Shown here in pieces: positions 26,640-38,720 of a stretch of DNA of 64,000 nt (position 1 is the stretch's first letter; every line of letters starts with the position of its first letter). The DNA lies in NCBI RefSeq assembly GCF_000485595.1, contig NW_014577069.1, positions 950,392-1,014,391 on the forward strand, in the 5' to 3' direction. Below the pieces are notes generated by a model. The model was given only the letters and a program-made list of their open reading frames with translations. It had not been told where the DNA came from and made no database searches. The DNA is from Priapulus caudatus. Taxonomy: Eukaryota. A program made the translations under genes and the position numbers.

Positions 26640-28958
26640 AAGAACATTTCGACACTCAGGGATGAGCAGCAGAGGGCTAAGACGGTCAGCGTAGAACAAT
26701 TACGTGGTGCAGTTCAGGGACTGGCCCCGAAGGTCAAGTCAAAACTCGTCAAGTTAGTAGGGGAAGTGTTTGGTCTACGTGACACTAAATTCGGAGAGAC
26801 GTCGCGTTTTGTGGAATACGGGCGCACAAGTCAGTTTAGTGGGACGGGATTGGTTGAACTGACATTTTGCAGATAAAACAGTGCAGCCCATTAGTGACCT
26901 GGTGGATGAGCAGTTAATAGTAGTGAGGCCAGCCAGTAAAGATGCCCTTGATCTTTGTGGGTATGTGGAGTTGGAAGCGGGTCCACCGAAAGGCGACCAC
27001 AATGGGGGGGTTCCTTTTCTGGTTGTGGAACTAGGTCTGGAAAACCCGATATTAGGGTACAATGTCATCCAACACTAGCTGGCCAACGGGACTGACATTT
27101 CATCCATCTTCTCTGGGCTAGGGACTATTAAGGTGTCGTCCGTGTTGTCTGTTTTGAAATTGGCGCAAGGCCAGGACAACGTGTTAAGTGACGTGAAGTT
27201 GGGCCATCAGAGTGCGGTCGTACCGAAAGGGAAAACCAAACAGGTTAAGTGTTTAGCGCGCGTTGTGGCTCAAAATTCAGGGATAGTGTCTTGAGAACAG
27301 TCATTGGGACGAGGGGCTTAAAATTCCGCAAGCTGTGGTCAGTGTTTCTAGGGGTTCTACATGTACCGTGGATTTACCCATCAGCAATTTTGCAGGTTCT
27401 GATATGGTGCTACATCGTGGTGTGGTGGTTGGTCGACTGAGTACAGTGCAGTCCGTGATTACTGTGGTCCTGCCAGACGAGATGGCGGATGCTAGTGAAC
27501 CAGGTAAGGACAGGAATGAAGGTGAAGGTTAAAGAGAAACCGTGTTGGGTGCCAACCAGGTGAGCACTAGTTCCAGTGTTAAGTATGAGCAGGTAGGTAG
27601 TCCCGATAGCCCTAGGCCTAGTCCAGAACAATGGGACCCTGATGTTGAATTAGATGAGTCAATACTGTCTCCAGAACAGGTTGCAACAGTCCGCCAGATG
27701 CTTCGGGAAGAATAGGGGTCATTCGCGAAAGATGGTGATGACGTGGGCTGTGCGCCCAACTTGCAGCTGGACATTCAGTTGAAGGACGACACCCCAGTGA
27801 AGACGCCCTACCAAGCGATTCCACCACCCCTGTATCAAGAATACAAAGACTACATCACCGACCTACTGAACCGTGAATGGATTCAGAAGTCAAAGTCGCC
27901 TTACTCTAGTCACATGGTCTGTTTGCGGAAGAAGGACAGCTCCCTACCGCTGTGCATCAATTATCGGGCGTTCAACCAGAAAACAATGGTGCTGCAGACT
28001 CCAATGCCGCGGATTATGAATGAGGTCCAGAGCTTGATCGGCAACCGATGGTTTTTATTACTGGATCAAGGAAAAGCGTACCACCAGAGGTTCGTCAAGA
28101 AGAGTTGCAGGCCTGCCACAGCTTTCAGTACCCCTGGGATCTCTATGACGGGAACAGAATACCGTTTGGCGTCTCGGGGGTTCCGGGATGTTTCCAACGT
28201 TTTATGGAGGAGACCCTTGTCCACCTCCGAGACAAATGCTGCATCCCGTACTTGGATGATTGTTTGGTTTTCAGCAAGACGTTTCAGCAACATGTGGAAG
28301 ACGTGCGCTCGGTACTCAAGACACTCCGAGGAAGGGCATGAAGGTTAAACCGTCGAAGTGTAAGCCGTTTCAAAGAGAGACCCGGTTCCTGGGCCATTTG
28401 GTGTCGGAAGAAGGATATCGAATAGACTCGGCTGACGTGCAACCAGTGGTCACATTGAAGGAGAAAAAGCCAGCCACCGTTGGGGAAGTCCGCCAGCTGG
28501 TTGGGGTTTTGGGGTATTACCAGAAGCTCGTCCCAGACTTCAGTTGCAGAGCGAAATGCCTGTACGACCTGTTGAGCAATCTGGAGAGCACGCCCAGGAA
28601 CTCAAAGTCAAAGAAGGCCCAAGCCAAGAAAGGGGGACAGAAGTCGTCGCAGCAAAAGGTGGAGTAGAAAGAGGAGCATCGGTGGGCTCTGGAGGACCTG
28701 ATCAACGTTCTGATCTGCCCACGCGTAATGGTCTACCCGGACTACAACCAGCCGTTCGTCCTCCACACCGATGCGAGCGAGGAAGGCCTGGGGGCAGTAC
28801 TCTACCTGAAACGAGAAGACGGGAACTTAGCCGTGATTGCCTACGGTTCTCGCTCCCTGAGTCCTGCAGAGAAAAATTACCACCGCCATTTAGGTAAGCT
28901 AGAGTTCCTGGCGTTGAAGTGGGCAATTACCGAGCGCTTCAGAGCCTTCCTGTACTAT

Positions 28959-29588
28959 AGTACAGTCGGTTAGGTCAAGATACCATCAAAATCGTTCAAA
29001 TTGTGAAAAAAGTGTGAAAATTGGTACACTTGCATACTTTTGTATGCTCTTTCATTTAAAAACAGGACACACGCGATCCAACTACAACTTCGGCCGCCAT
29101 CTTAAATTCAAAAATGGCCACCGTCATTTCTTAAAAAAATGCTATATCTCGGTTAATAATCTTCGTACAGACTTGAAAATTGACTGACAGACGTAATTTG
29201 GGTTACTATTTTGTACAACAACGTTTTTGACCACCATCTTGAATTCAAAATGGCCACCATAAAAATTACAAACTTGGCAATTTTTCCGTTCACGAAAGAT
29301 ATAGAGCCGTGAAAATTTGCAGACTGGCGCAGGTTAATAAGCTCTTTCATATTAAAACAAGACACAAGTTCCAATTATAATTACAGCGGCCATATTGAAT
29401 TCAACATGGCCGCCATCACATTTTACTCTGTACTTCAAAATGATCAATGACATAGTATAACAGATACAAACAAACATGGTGAAAATGTTGAATTACCGGT
29501 TTTTCTCAGTATATAACAAACACAATGCCAAACTGGCAATCCCCAGTGTGAGAGAGAGATAATTCAAGACAACAAGTTGTAGTATACA
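28959..29588. mobile_element. ~630-bp non-coding insertion in Gypsy RNase H
   Basis: Removing it restores FLYY-APSFKVFTDNNPL. Flanked by GTACTAT (28952-28958, 29589-29595). Interior has repeated GCCATCTT..AAAATGGCC inverted motifs; no clear TIR. Confidence 0.8.
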
Positions 29589-30129
29589 GTACTATGCGCC
29601 CAGTTTCAAAGTATTTACTGATAATAATCCGCTTACCTACATACTAACTTTCGCGAAACTCGATGCCACACGGCACCGGTGGGTGGCTGAATTGGCCGAT
29701 TTTAGATTTTCCCTTCATTTCAAACCAGGTAAGTCTAATGTGGCTGCTGACGTTCTATCAATGCAACCACTAGGATTTGAAGAGTACATGAAGTACTGCA
29801 CGGAGGTATTGGGACCAGAGGAGATGGGCGCGGTGGGTAAAGTACTAACTGAGGAGGATGGCTGGACCCAAATGGTGTCCACAAATGCCGCCAATGAAGC
29901 CAGCGAAATCGAGGGAACACTGGACGTAGATGAGGTGAATGTGGTGAACCCGCAAACCCTGTCCAAGGCCCAGGATGACGCTTCGAATCGGGAAGGTGAA
30001 GGACTGGGTGAAGTTGAAGGAGAAGCCGTCCGGGAAGCAGCTTCAGGAATAACCTGCTAAACAAAATCGTAATCTGAATCGGTGGGTCCGGGACTGGGAC
30101 AGGCTCAGCGTTGACCCAGATGGGATCTT

Positions 30130-32420
30130 CAGGGCCCTAGCTAAGATTTTTTTTCCTGTAGATTCAGGGCCCTAGCTAAGATTTTTTTTCCTGTAGTCAA
30201 ACAATTAGCCAGAATCAATTTTTATTAGCCAATTTGGATTCCTGTTAGCCACATCTGTAGCCTAACATTTTCTGAACACAAAAAGGCGATAAATAATTTT
30301 CTTTTCTTTATTTTTTCACAAACTTTTATATGCATGAAGTACAAAACTACAGTCTTACACTATGATACACCACCATGACTCTGACTGACTGACAGAGACA
30401 TTCAAATTGTCTGAATTTTTTTCTTTACTGCTGGCAGGAAAATTCTTTTACAAAAAATCTTTTTTAGCACACCACTGGACATAGTCTGGACACTTTTCAA
30501 AGTCAAACATCTCTTCTTCTGGGCCTTCAATTTTGATGGCTAGAATGTCACAAACACTTTCTGTTTTCAGGTTATTTCTCAGAGCTGTTTTAACCAAATT
30601 ATGTCTGCTAAAACCCCTCTCCACATCAACTGTTGTGAATGGTAGGGTCACAAACAGCTACTTTTTACAGTACCTGACGCACAATACGCACGCACGCGCA
30701 CGTACGCACGCGCGCAGTATAGTATAGACAGTACTATACACACACTATAGTTATTTACAGTAATACTAATAGTTTACAGAAGAGTTTTCACAGCACATGC
30801 ATATACTCTACTACTTTTGTAACTTCGGGATGCTATTGAACCAGAAAAATTAGCTGCTCATCAAAGCTGACTATATTCCCCAGTTAGTACTTATCAGTTT
30901 TACTACTTTTTACAGTACCTCACACACAATACACACACAAACACACACCTACACGCACGCACACGCAAGCACGCGCGCGCACACACACACACGTGCACGC
31001 ACACGTGTAGTAAAAATCATTTGACTTTCGCCAGCACCGTTGCCGTGCCGTGCCGTGTGTGGACACAGACCTTTTTTAAACACCAGGGTTTTTTCTGAGG
31101 GAAAATTAGACAACGGTGGTAATGCCCAGTTTGGGGGAAAACGCACATGATGGATTCAACGGCGTGCAGTAGGCGCAAATGTGGACTCTGCAGGCAGACG
31201 CGGGGGAGAGAGGCAGAGAGGGTTCTTGGGGTATCCCCAGCAAAATTTAAAACAGTTGAATGTCTTAGACTGCATTTGATGCACGCCGAAAATAAAATTT
31301 CACCCTTTAGGGTTGTTAGGAGATGGCGGGACTGCTGGGGTGGTGAGCAGAGTAGCGTACAGTGCGCCTGGGAAATTGGGGCCAGCCGAAAGGGTTGGGG
31401 CCCCCATTTTTTTTTGGGGCGAGAGGATCATTTTACCGGTCTCACTGGGCTAGCATAATGTTATCCATTGCAGCGCAGGCACAGCGAAAGCAGCGGGGAT
31501 AGATACGAAGGAATAAGCACAGGTGGCCGATTGCAGGGTGGCGCTTCAGGTCTAGCATACATGATACATAAATTGTGATTTATACATTGTATCAAGTCTA
31601 GCAGACAACGCAATCTTAGGCATGTATGTTCTGCAAGTGTAGTAGCGGAGAGTCGAAGAGTACCAGTCTACCCGCCGTCAGCATGCTCGGCGGAATGAAA
31701 ATGCGCGAGCTTGGTCTGATTGATATCTACGTGGACTCCGGGTTTAGGATTATGGATTAGTTTACAGTAAACAAAGAACAACTCAAACATATTCAGTAAT
31801 GGTGTTTATGTGTTGAAAATCTGGCCAGTCGCCAAACTTTTTTGGCGGGCAAGTGATACATTGACTTTGCAATTTTCGGTCGCCGAGTTAGACATGCGGG
31901 TCGCCTGTGGTGAGATGGGCGACGTTCCATTCAGGCCACTTGCCTATATAAGTTTTACGCTGGCAATTCGCGGCGAGATCCACGCATCTCTGACCCATTC
32001 ATCCCGTGCTCCGCAGCCCGCGACACCCTGTGTGTACCCACGTTCGGGGCTGGACATCGTGCTCCTCGTGCGTGCGTGGCTGGCAGCATGGATGAAGTAC
32101 GAGGGGCGAATGCACTGATGTTACAGTCGGTGGGTGTGGTTATTGCTGTATATGTAGGGCGGTGGGCACCGCGCTTGGGTATGAGCGAGCGACAGCAAAA
32201 ACTTCCCGGAATCGAGGAAAAGCTGCATCGGGAATGAACAGGAGTGCTTGCCGGACGCAAAAAGAAAGGTTGCTGTTTCGACGGATCAAATAGGATCGAT
32301 GTTTGAAGGCGGTCATGTTTATTACGGGAACTTTACGTTCGTCACTTTTTCGCAAAATAGACTTCAATCGCAGATACTAATTTGTTCGCATTGCGAATTA
32401 GCCAAGTGGGTAGCGGGGGG
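30130..32420 (-). mobile_element. Internally deleted hAT DNA transposon inserted in Gypsy pol
   Basis: Left TIR CAGGGCCCTAGCTA after GGGATCTT. Right TIR and TSD remnant are clear in the duplicate at 22603-22622. Removal restores DGILRRR. Right boundary approximate. Confidence 0.8.
30448..30651 (-). pseudogene. hAT transposase C-terminal dimerisation fragment
   Basis: LPFTTVDVERGFSRHNLVKTALRNNL...IKIEGP. Confidence 0.85.
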
Positions 32421-32429
32421 CGCGAGGAG

Positions 32430-33620
32430 TTGCATTCAAGGACGCTACCAATGTTTCGCAAAATTTTTCTTCCATGAGAATACATCAGAAATCTATGAAG
32501 AGCTCACCAGAATATGGGGCCACCTGGGTCCGACAGGGTGGATTGCGTTGGCCCAAGGATCGGCTTCTACTAGCCCGGAATTTATCTGATATTGAGCTAC
32601 TAACATCCGAAAAGAGATGCACTTGTCTCAAGGCCAAGAAACCTAACGTTGTGCGCCAGAGGCTGAGTTAGAAGCCGAATCAAACGGTCGCAACCGTTTT
32701 TAGCTTAGTTTCGCATTCGACTTGGTAGCAGCAGGCGGTCGAAGGTGGTCATAAATACCTGCTGGTCATCGGTAACCACTTTACCCGTTCGTGAGGCATT
32801 ACGCAACGAAAGGAACAAAGCTGGAAAGACCGCTGCCGACAAGATCTTCAATGACTATATTACCCGATTCGATTCCGGGAAAGATCCACCATGACCAGGT
32901 CGGGAGTTTTGGAAAATGAGCTATTCCATACAGCCCTTCAGAGAGAAATGTGGCATCGCGTCGCTCAAGAACCAACTCCATACACCAGCGGGGAGGGATG
33001 GGGGACAAGTGGTGGGAGGAGATGAATCGGGCGATGGTTGGCAGATGCTGGGAGACCCTGCGGAGGAGGAGCACAAAGAGGTAGACTGGAGAGTCATGGG
33101 TAATCACGGTCGTGCATGCTATAACTTGCACGAAGCATGGAGAGCGCTGTTGAGCGGTCGTGAGGGTCGAGGCTGTGGGTTGGGGTGCGGTTCCTCCGGA
33201 TTGCAGATCGGAGCGCGGTGGAGTCGTTTGGGTATGAAGTAGGAGAGGGCACATCACTGTCGAGAGTGGGATGAACAGGAGAAGGAGTCCTACGACCATG
33301 TATTTTTTTTTTCTGCCAAGGAGAAGATTTCGGCGCTCCCAGAGAAGGCGCAAAAGAGGAATCGATGATCGTGTCTTCGCAGTTCCATTCTTCAAGAAGG
33401 GATAGAGTTCTTGTTTTGCAACCTCAATGAGAAGGGCGGCCGGGCAAGTTTACGGTCGTATGGGCGAGGCAAGACATACAGGTCGTCAACGGCACGAATG
33501 TCATCAGACTCGCCAGTATACCAAGTCAAGCAAGGAAAGCGACTGGGCGGGGTTGAGAGTTTTGAACCGGAACCTGTTCTCCAATGTGACGAGCTACCGT
33601 TCGAGGGCATGCCAACCTCC
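32430..33620 (+). pseudogene. Gypsy integrase and C-terminal pol, error-rich
   Basis: Colinear with 22620-23381 but dense in indels; downstream boundary approximate. Confidence 0.75.
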
Positions 33621-34625
33621 TCGGTTACAGAAGAGGAAGCCACGACAGTGGCGAGGGACACGCAACAACGACAGCAGACATTGCATCGGGCAAGTGACAC
33701 AGACCGGATTCGTCAGGGGAGTCGTCTTACAGAACCGAGTTCTGAACACCAATGACGCGCCTGAAACCGCGTGTGGTTGATAGTTTGAATGATGAGAGGG
33801 TGAGGGGACATTGAGCGAGAGGGTGCAGTGAGTATTCGATGATGGACAGGCCGGAGCCCATGGCGGTAGGGGTCAAGCGAGGACAGGCAGTCCGATCTGA
33901 ATCTGAAGCCGGACCTTCCAGTCATCTGTGGATCATCCAGCGACCAGCCACAGCCTGCAGACAGGGGTTCCGAGTGTACCAGCACGGTCAGGGGATGGGT
34001 TTTCAAGCCAGGACTAGGCGGAAGGAGGTCACAGCGTCAACGGCAACCTCGGAAGATGTTCACGCATGATTAGTTGGTGAATCCGTCGTAGTAGCCGCAG
34101 CCACAAGCGTTTCCATTAGTCGGTGATCTTGTTTTGATGGATCATCCCGCTTTGGGGCACTACGCTACGCTGGTATAGCTGGAGAGATGGTGTAGTAGAC
34201 GAATAGGTGAGGTATTGGTGATCCGTCGGGAACTATACTCTATGAATTACAGGTGGTCGAGTTTAGCAGTTAGTAGGCCTATCATAATTGTAGTTTAGTC
34301 GGGCATCTTAGGCACGAAGTATGGATACGCTCAGGGGGGCAATGATGACGTATGCAAGTGGGTAAGTTGTTTCTATACACTCTTGAGTTGTAAGACTTGT
34401 TATCGAGACACATGACAGTGTTGTGTAGATTCCTGTCGGGGGAGTTGGCCGCTCCTTTGACTATCTCTGCCGTCCAGTGGAGAGGGGTACAGAATCCTCA
34501 AAACTCTTGGGTGGTAAGTACACCATGTCTCTGATGTAGCACCTGTCGTGAGTAAATTGGGTGTTAACCCATTTGTTTCAGCTCATCGACTTGGGGAACA
34601 CATGTCGCAGACGACATTTTTCAAC

Positions 34626-34635
34626 GGGGGGAGAG
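34626..34635 (+). promoter_or_regulatory. Polypurine tract
   Basis: GGGGGGAGAG abutting the 3' LTR. Confidence 0.85.
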
Positions 34636-34868
34636 TGTGGCGAAATGGATGGGGGCCCTAAAAGTTTGTACAGTGTGGTTCAGTTCTTCGTTAGGACACG
34701 AGGGAGCAGAACCGGACGGTTCATGGCGGGGAAAATGCTCGCGCACGGGCAGTCAACAAGGGGCCGTTTGTCTGCCGAAATAAAGAGTGAGGAACGATCG
34801 TCTTTATTTTCGGTCCCATTTTGTTTACAAATTTCCCGTTTTGTCTCTTTCAGCATCCCACCGTAACA
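34636..34868 (+). repeat. 3' LTR (233 bp)
   Basis: Matches the 5' LTR with about 15 differences by eye. Confidence 0.96.
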
Positions 34869-36249
34869 TATATCCTCTATATTGAGCTTTTCGAAAAAAC
34901 ATGCGTTAGTGATATAGTCATTTTTACATGCATATAATTTTTCATAGAAAAGATTTTGTGTTTGTAGGATTCCGTTTCGGTTTATCACTGAAGATCCATC
35001 ATCTTTTTTTAGTTCTAGTATCGTTTTATTTATGTGATTTCTATTTTCCAGATTACAGAAATAGGATGTTGGTTTTTCACCTAGCTCATGCCATCTTGCT
35101 CTAGATCGAATCATAGTCCCCCTAACGTGGTTGTTTCGAATATCTTATAATTCTAAATTTAAATTTTCTAAAATATCTAGGTTGGTGCTTGCAATTTTTA
35201 TGGTACTTGGGGTGTGCTTTTATTTGGTCATCCAGCGTTTTAATTTTTTGCTCTAATGCTTTTTCTAATTCACGGTTTTTCCGTTTTTCACGAGAGGCAT
35301 AAGAAATGATTTTTCCTCTAAGCTAGACTAATAGCGTTTCCCAAAATAGTTGATCCGTTGAGTTGAAGATCTTTACATAGACAGGTTGATATGTACTCTG
35401 GGTTATAGGGTGAGGCAGCATAAATAGGTTTTATATTTATTATCTCTTTTTTTTTAGTTTAGCAAATTTATGGTCTTTGAGTAATGAGTTATTAAATTTC
35501 CAGTATCCTTTTCCGTGCTCTTCAAAAGATGTGTTAAGAGTAAAATTCACGGGAGCATGGTCCGATTTATACTTCGGGAGAATATACGCATCTGCAAAAA
35601 ATGATAATAAATTCTCAGTGGCCAGAAAGAAGTCTAAGCGCGCCATTTTAATAGGGTTTCTTTTTGACCATGTAAAATGTTGATCATTTTTATGGAATGC
35701 TCTCCATATGTCTACTAGACCCTTCTCTGCTATACCTGACAAATCTAGGTTACGTGCTCGGGGCTTATTAACCGCTTTATAGTCAAAAGGGTCTTTTTCC
35801 GAATCTATTACTAAGTTCCAATCTCCGCATAGGATGTAATTTACATTACCAAAATGATCAATATTGTTAAATATATTTGTATAAAATTCAGGGTTGTCAT
35901 CATTTGGTTCATACAGGTTAACCAATGATTATGTAAACTGCACTTGGTTTGATAAGGTATAAGATAATAAAATTTCCATAAGGGTCTATATTTCGCATCT
36001 GTGTATTTTGTATTCAAAACCAGTATTAAATAGAACTGCCTCGCTTCTCGCGTTTGATGTGAATGGACATATAATTGCGCTTAAACCCCATTCTGCCTTG
36101 ACCCGATTTACAAATTTGGAGTCAATATGAATATCTTGTAGACAGCATATGTGCACATTTTGTTCCCGAAATCGTTTGAAAAAGTCTCTACGTTTAATTG
36201 GATTTGCCAGGTCTCTAGTATTTAGAGATTGTATGTTTAACTGAGCCAT
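34869..36249 (-). pseudogene. L1/Tx1 LINE ORF2 N-terminus (APE endonuclease plus linker)
   Basis: MAQLNIQSLNTRDL, CLQDIH, NLYEPNDD, CGDWN, RLDFFL, SDHAPV, GYWKFNNSLL, RSRARWHELGEKPTSYF. Confidence 0.94.
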
Positions 36250-36888
36250 TTTATTACTGTTCTGTTTATTAAGGTAATCTTTAATGATGCTGTTGAACTA
36301 GGGATAGCATTGCTGGGCACTGGGTATAACGTGACGTATAATATTTGATGTTGTTTAGACAAAAGTAAGTTTGTACAGTTCTGGAAATAAAGTTTAGGAC
36401 ATACAGACATAAAACACAAATGGTAGACAGGACGTACAAACACACAGGTATGAGTGCCAATTCCTAAATTGTTGGATTCTCGTAGAAATTACTACTGTAT
36501 AGAAGCCAGACACACATACCAGACCACATATACACGTATACACTTCCTGGTGAGAACGCCATATGGGTGAAAATTAAGACTAGCACATCGGCTCCCATCA
36601 GTATATTAATGGTACGAAATTTTATCTGAAATTATTATCTATATTAAACTAAAAGGTTATAATTGCATTTATCTACGCCCTTACGGTTATCTTCCATACG
36701 TTAGCCGTTATCATCTGGCTTCCCCGAAGTAAATTCGTGACGGCGCTTATGATTGGCTGGCGCCGTGTTTGATCGTCGAGCCTCCCTAAAAGCACTCGCT
36801 ATGTTCGTAGTTTTGGGCTAATTGAACCGCTGATTTTAACCATACAGATACATGCCTATTGTATTTGCACATATTCGCCCAAAATTCT

Positions 36889-37932
36889 TCAGTCTCCCGA
36901 TAGCTTCTTCCAGGGCTCCGTACTGATTTTTCTTGTTTCGATGCAGATATCGATGCCGCGTTCTACGACCCTGGCTTGAATATGTTGTTCACTTCGGTCT
37001 TCGGAGCTCGAAAGCTTTAAGCGCCAGCATCCCACGTTTTCGTTTCAACTCGAGCAGCAAATCTGTTCTGATGCTCTTGTCTGTTCCGGCTAGGTTTTTC
37101 CCCGCGCGTAGAAAGGTTTCTCTCTCTGTCCAGTATCCGAAAACGACGATTATCGGTGTGGGTCCGTTGTCCCGTTTCCTTAGGCGATGCGCCTTGCGGA
37201 TTGATAATTTTATCACGTATTGTTCTTCCAGTATTAGGTCATCGACTGCAAATTTTTTAATTCTTTCTATAGTATAGTGCGTGCTCGTTCATTTTCGTAT
37301 CGCTCGACTCCATAGATAAAGAGGTTATACTTTCTGCCGTGGACTTGCGCAAGAAGGAGCGACTGCTTTAGTGTTTCGACTTCTTGTGTTATATTTTGTA
37401 ACTGTGCTCGATCTCCGCTCTGGTTTTTTTTAACCGAGTCAACCTCTATCTCTAGGTTTTCTATTTTTTTCGGTTAAAGTGGTGATCTTCTCTGTGACGT
37501 CGGAAAACCCCGCTTCTAATTTGTTATTCAGACTTGCCATTTGGTCGACGATGAGTTCTCGCAGCTCCGCGTTCGTGACCTCGGCACCGGCTTCATCGTT
37601 GTGCGCCATTGGGCCCAAGGATAGAGAACATGGGTCCCAACTAAAACCAATGTGCCTAACCCTAACCCTAACCCTAATTCTAACCCTAACCCTAATTATA
37701 ACCCTAATCCTAACCCTAACCCTAACCCTAACCATAACCCTAACCTATTATATTGATATAATATTATATTTAGATTGATGTAAATGACATTGGTTTTATT
37801 GGGACCCATGTTCTCTATCCTTGAACCCGCCATTGCAGTAGCCATGCTAACTGAAGTGCCGGGTTCAGCGTTCATAGAAATATCCACTGTCTCCTTTCGT
37901 TCCTTGTTTTGCCTCGTCACGTAGTTGTGCAT
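36889..37932 (-). pseudogene. LINE ORF1 (coiled coil plus RRM/CTD-like), interrupted by a MITE
   Basis: Heptad-like LRELIVDQMASLNNKLEAGFSDVTEKITTL; IRKAHRL..PTPIIVVFGYWTERETFLRAGKNL..IRTDL; lies upstream of ORF2. Confidence 0.8.
37612..37827. mobile_element. Merlin-like MITE with internal (CCTAAC)n
   Basis: ~40-bp TIR GG(CC/TT)CAAGGATAGAGAACATGGGTCCCAA..AAAACCAATGT; exact 8-bp TSD CGCCATTG at 37604-37611 and 37828-37835; GG..CC termini. Confidence 0.88.
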
Positions 37933-38043
37933 GAAGTTTTTAGAGACCTTCTGCTTCTTCTCCACGTATAATATGTCGATTTTTTTGATACAACCTTTAA
38001 CTTTCTCAAAATATATGGGAGCCGATGTATAACACGTCTTATT

Positions 38044-38067
38044 CACTGGGCGCCATTACCGGAAGTG
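38044..38067 (-). promoter_or_regulatory. Probable LINE 5' end / internal promoter motif
   Basis: Minus strand CACTTCCGGTAATGGCGCCCAGTG (ETS-like and YY1-like cores) just upstream of ORF1; inference. Confidence 0.45.
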
Positions 38068-38621
38068 AATTTTCACTGTGTTGTTAAGTGGCTATGCTGA
38101 ATAACTGTCGTTATAAATTATACGTGATCCTAATGTATTGACCTCCATCATTATCAAATAGAGCAGCTCTGGAAGCTTTACGACAGGCGCGCATGCAAGA
38201 CCCTGTTACAGTTAATTGCTAAGCCAATTAAGTTTCTTTCAAACATCGCGTCTGTTATGTTGCGTTAGCTCTCGGAACATTGAAGGGGCGGTTAAAATTT
38301 CTGTCAAAAATTTCGGGGAGCCCCGTCACAATTGTGCGAACGTTATTCAATTACTCCAAATGCCGCCGGCCCTTAGAAAATCGACAAAATTATAATTTCG
38401 CATCTTATCCTATAACAAGAACACAAATTGCAGTGATTGTCTAGAAAACCCTGTTTAAATAAGCTTGCACAGCGCAAACGCTGATGGTATGGATCGAAGA
38501 AAATGGCAAAGATATAAACTAGCGGAGCATGGGATTAATAGAGGGCCCTTCTTATTAAAGACGTGATTTAATATAAAAATATAAAAACAATTGCGCAAAT
38601 GATGATACAATAGCAGACATA

Positions 38622-38720
38622 GTGATGATAATGACGACGATGACGACGTCGACGACTATGACGACTATGACGACGATGACGGCGATTACGGCGACGACGG
38701 CGACGATGACAGCGACGACG
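38622..38720. repeat. (GAC/GAT)n trinucleotide repeat
   Basis: Direct reading. Confidence 0.85.

Larger units (their letters stand above)
26430..30129 (+). pseudogene. pol: Gypsy pol: MYND, aspartic protease, RT, RNase H (frameshifts, stops, one insertion)
   Basis: LWNTGAQVS (D->N) at ~26809; LLDQGKAYHQ, TAFSTP, IPFGV, YLDD at ~28250; LHTDAS, LEFLALKWAI, FTDNNPL, ADVLS. Confidence 0.93.
24988..34868 (+). mobile_element. Full-length, decayed Ty3/Gypsy LTR retrotransposon
   Basis: Two TG..CA LTRs; TATA TSD at 24984-24987 and 34869-34872; PBS; PPT; domain order gag-PR-RT-RH-IN. Confidence 0.96.

Noticed and set aside
26430..26876. Host MYND gene exon
   Set aside because: Lies in the pol frame between gag and protease inside paired LTRs; no splice structure needed
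37655..37746. Telomere or chromosome-fusion relic
   Set aside because: Short, and enclosed by TIRs and an 8-bp TSD
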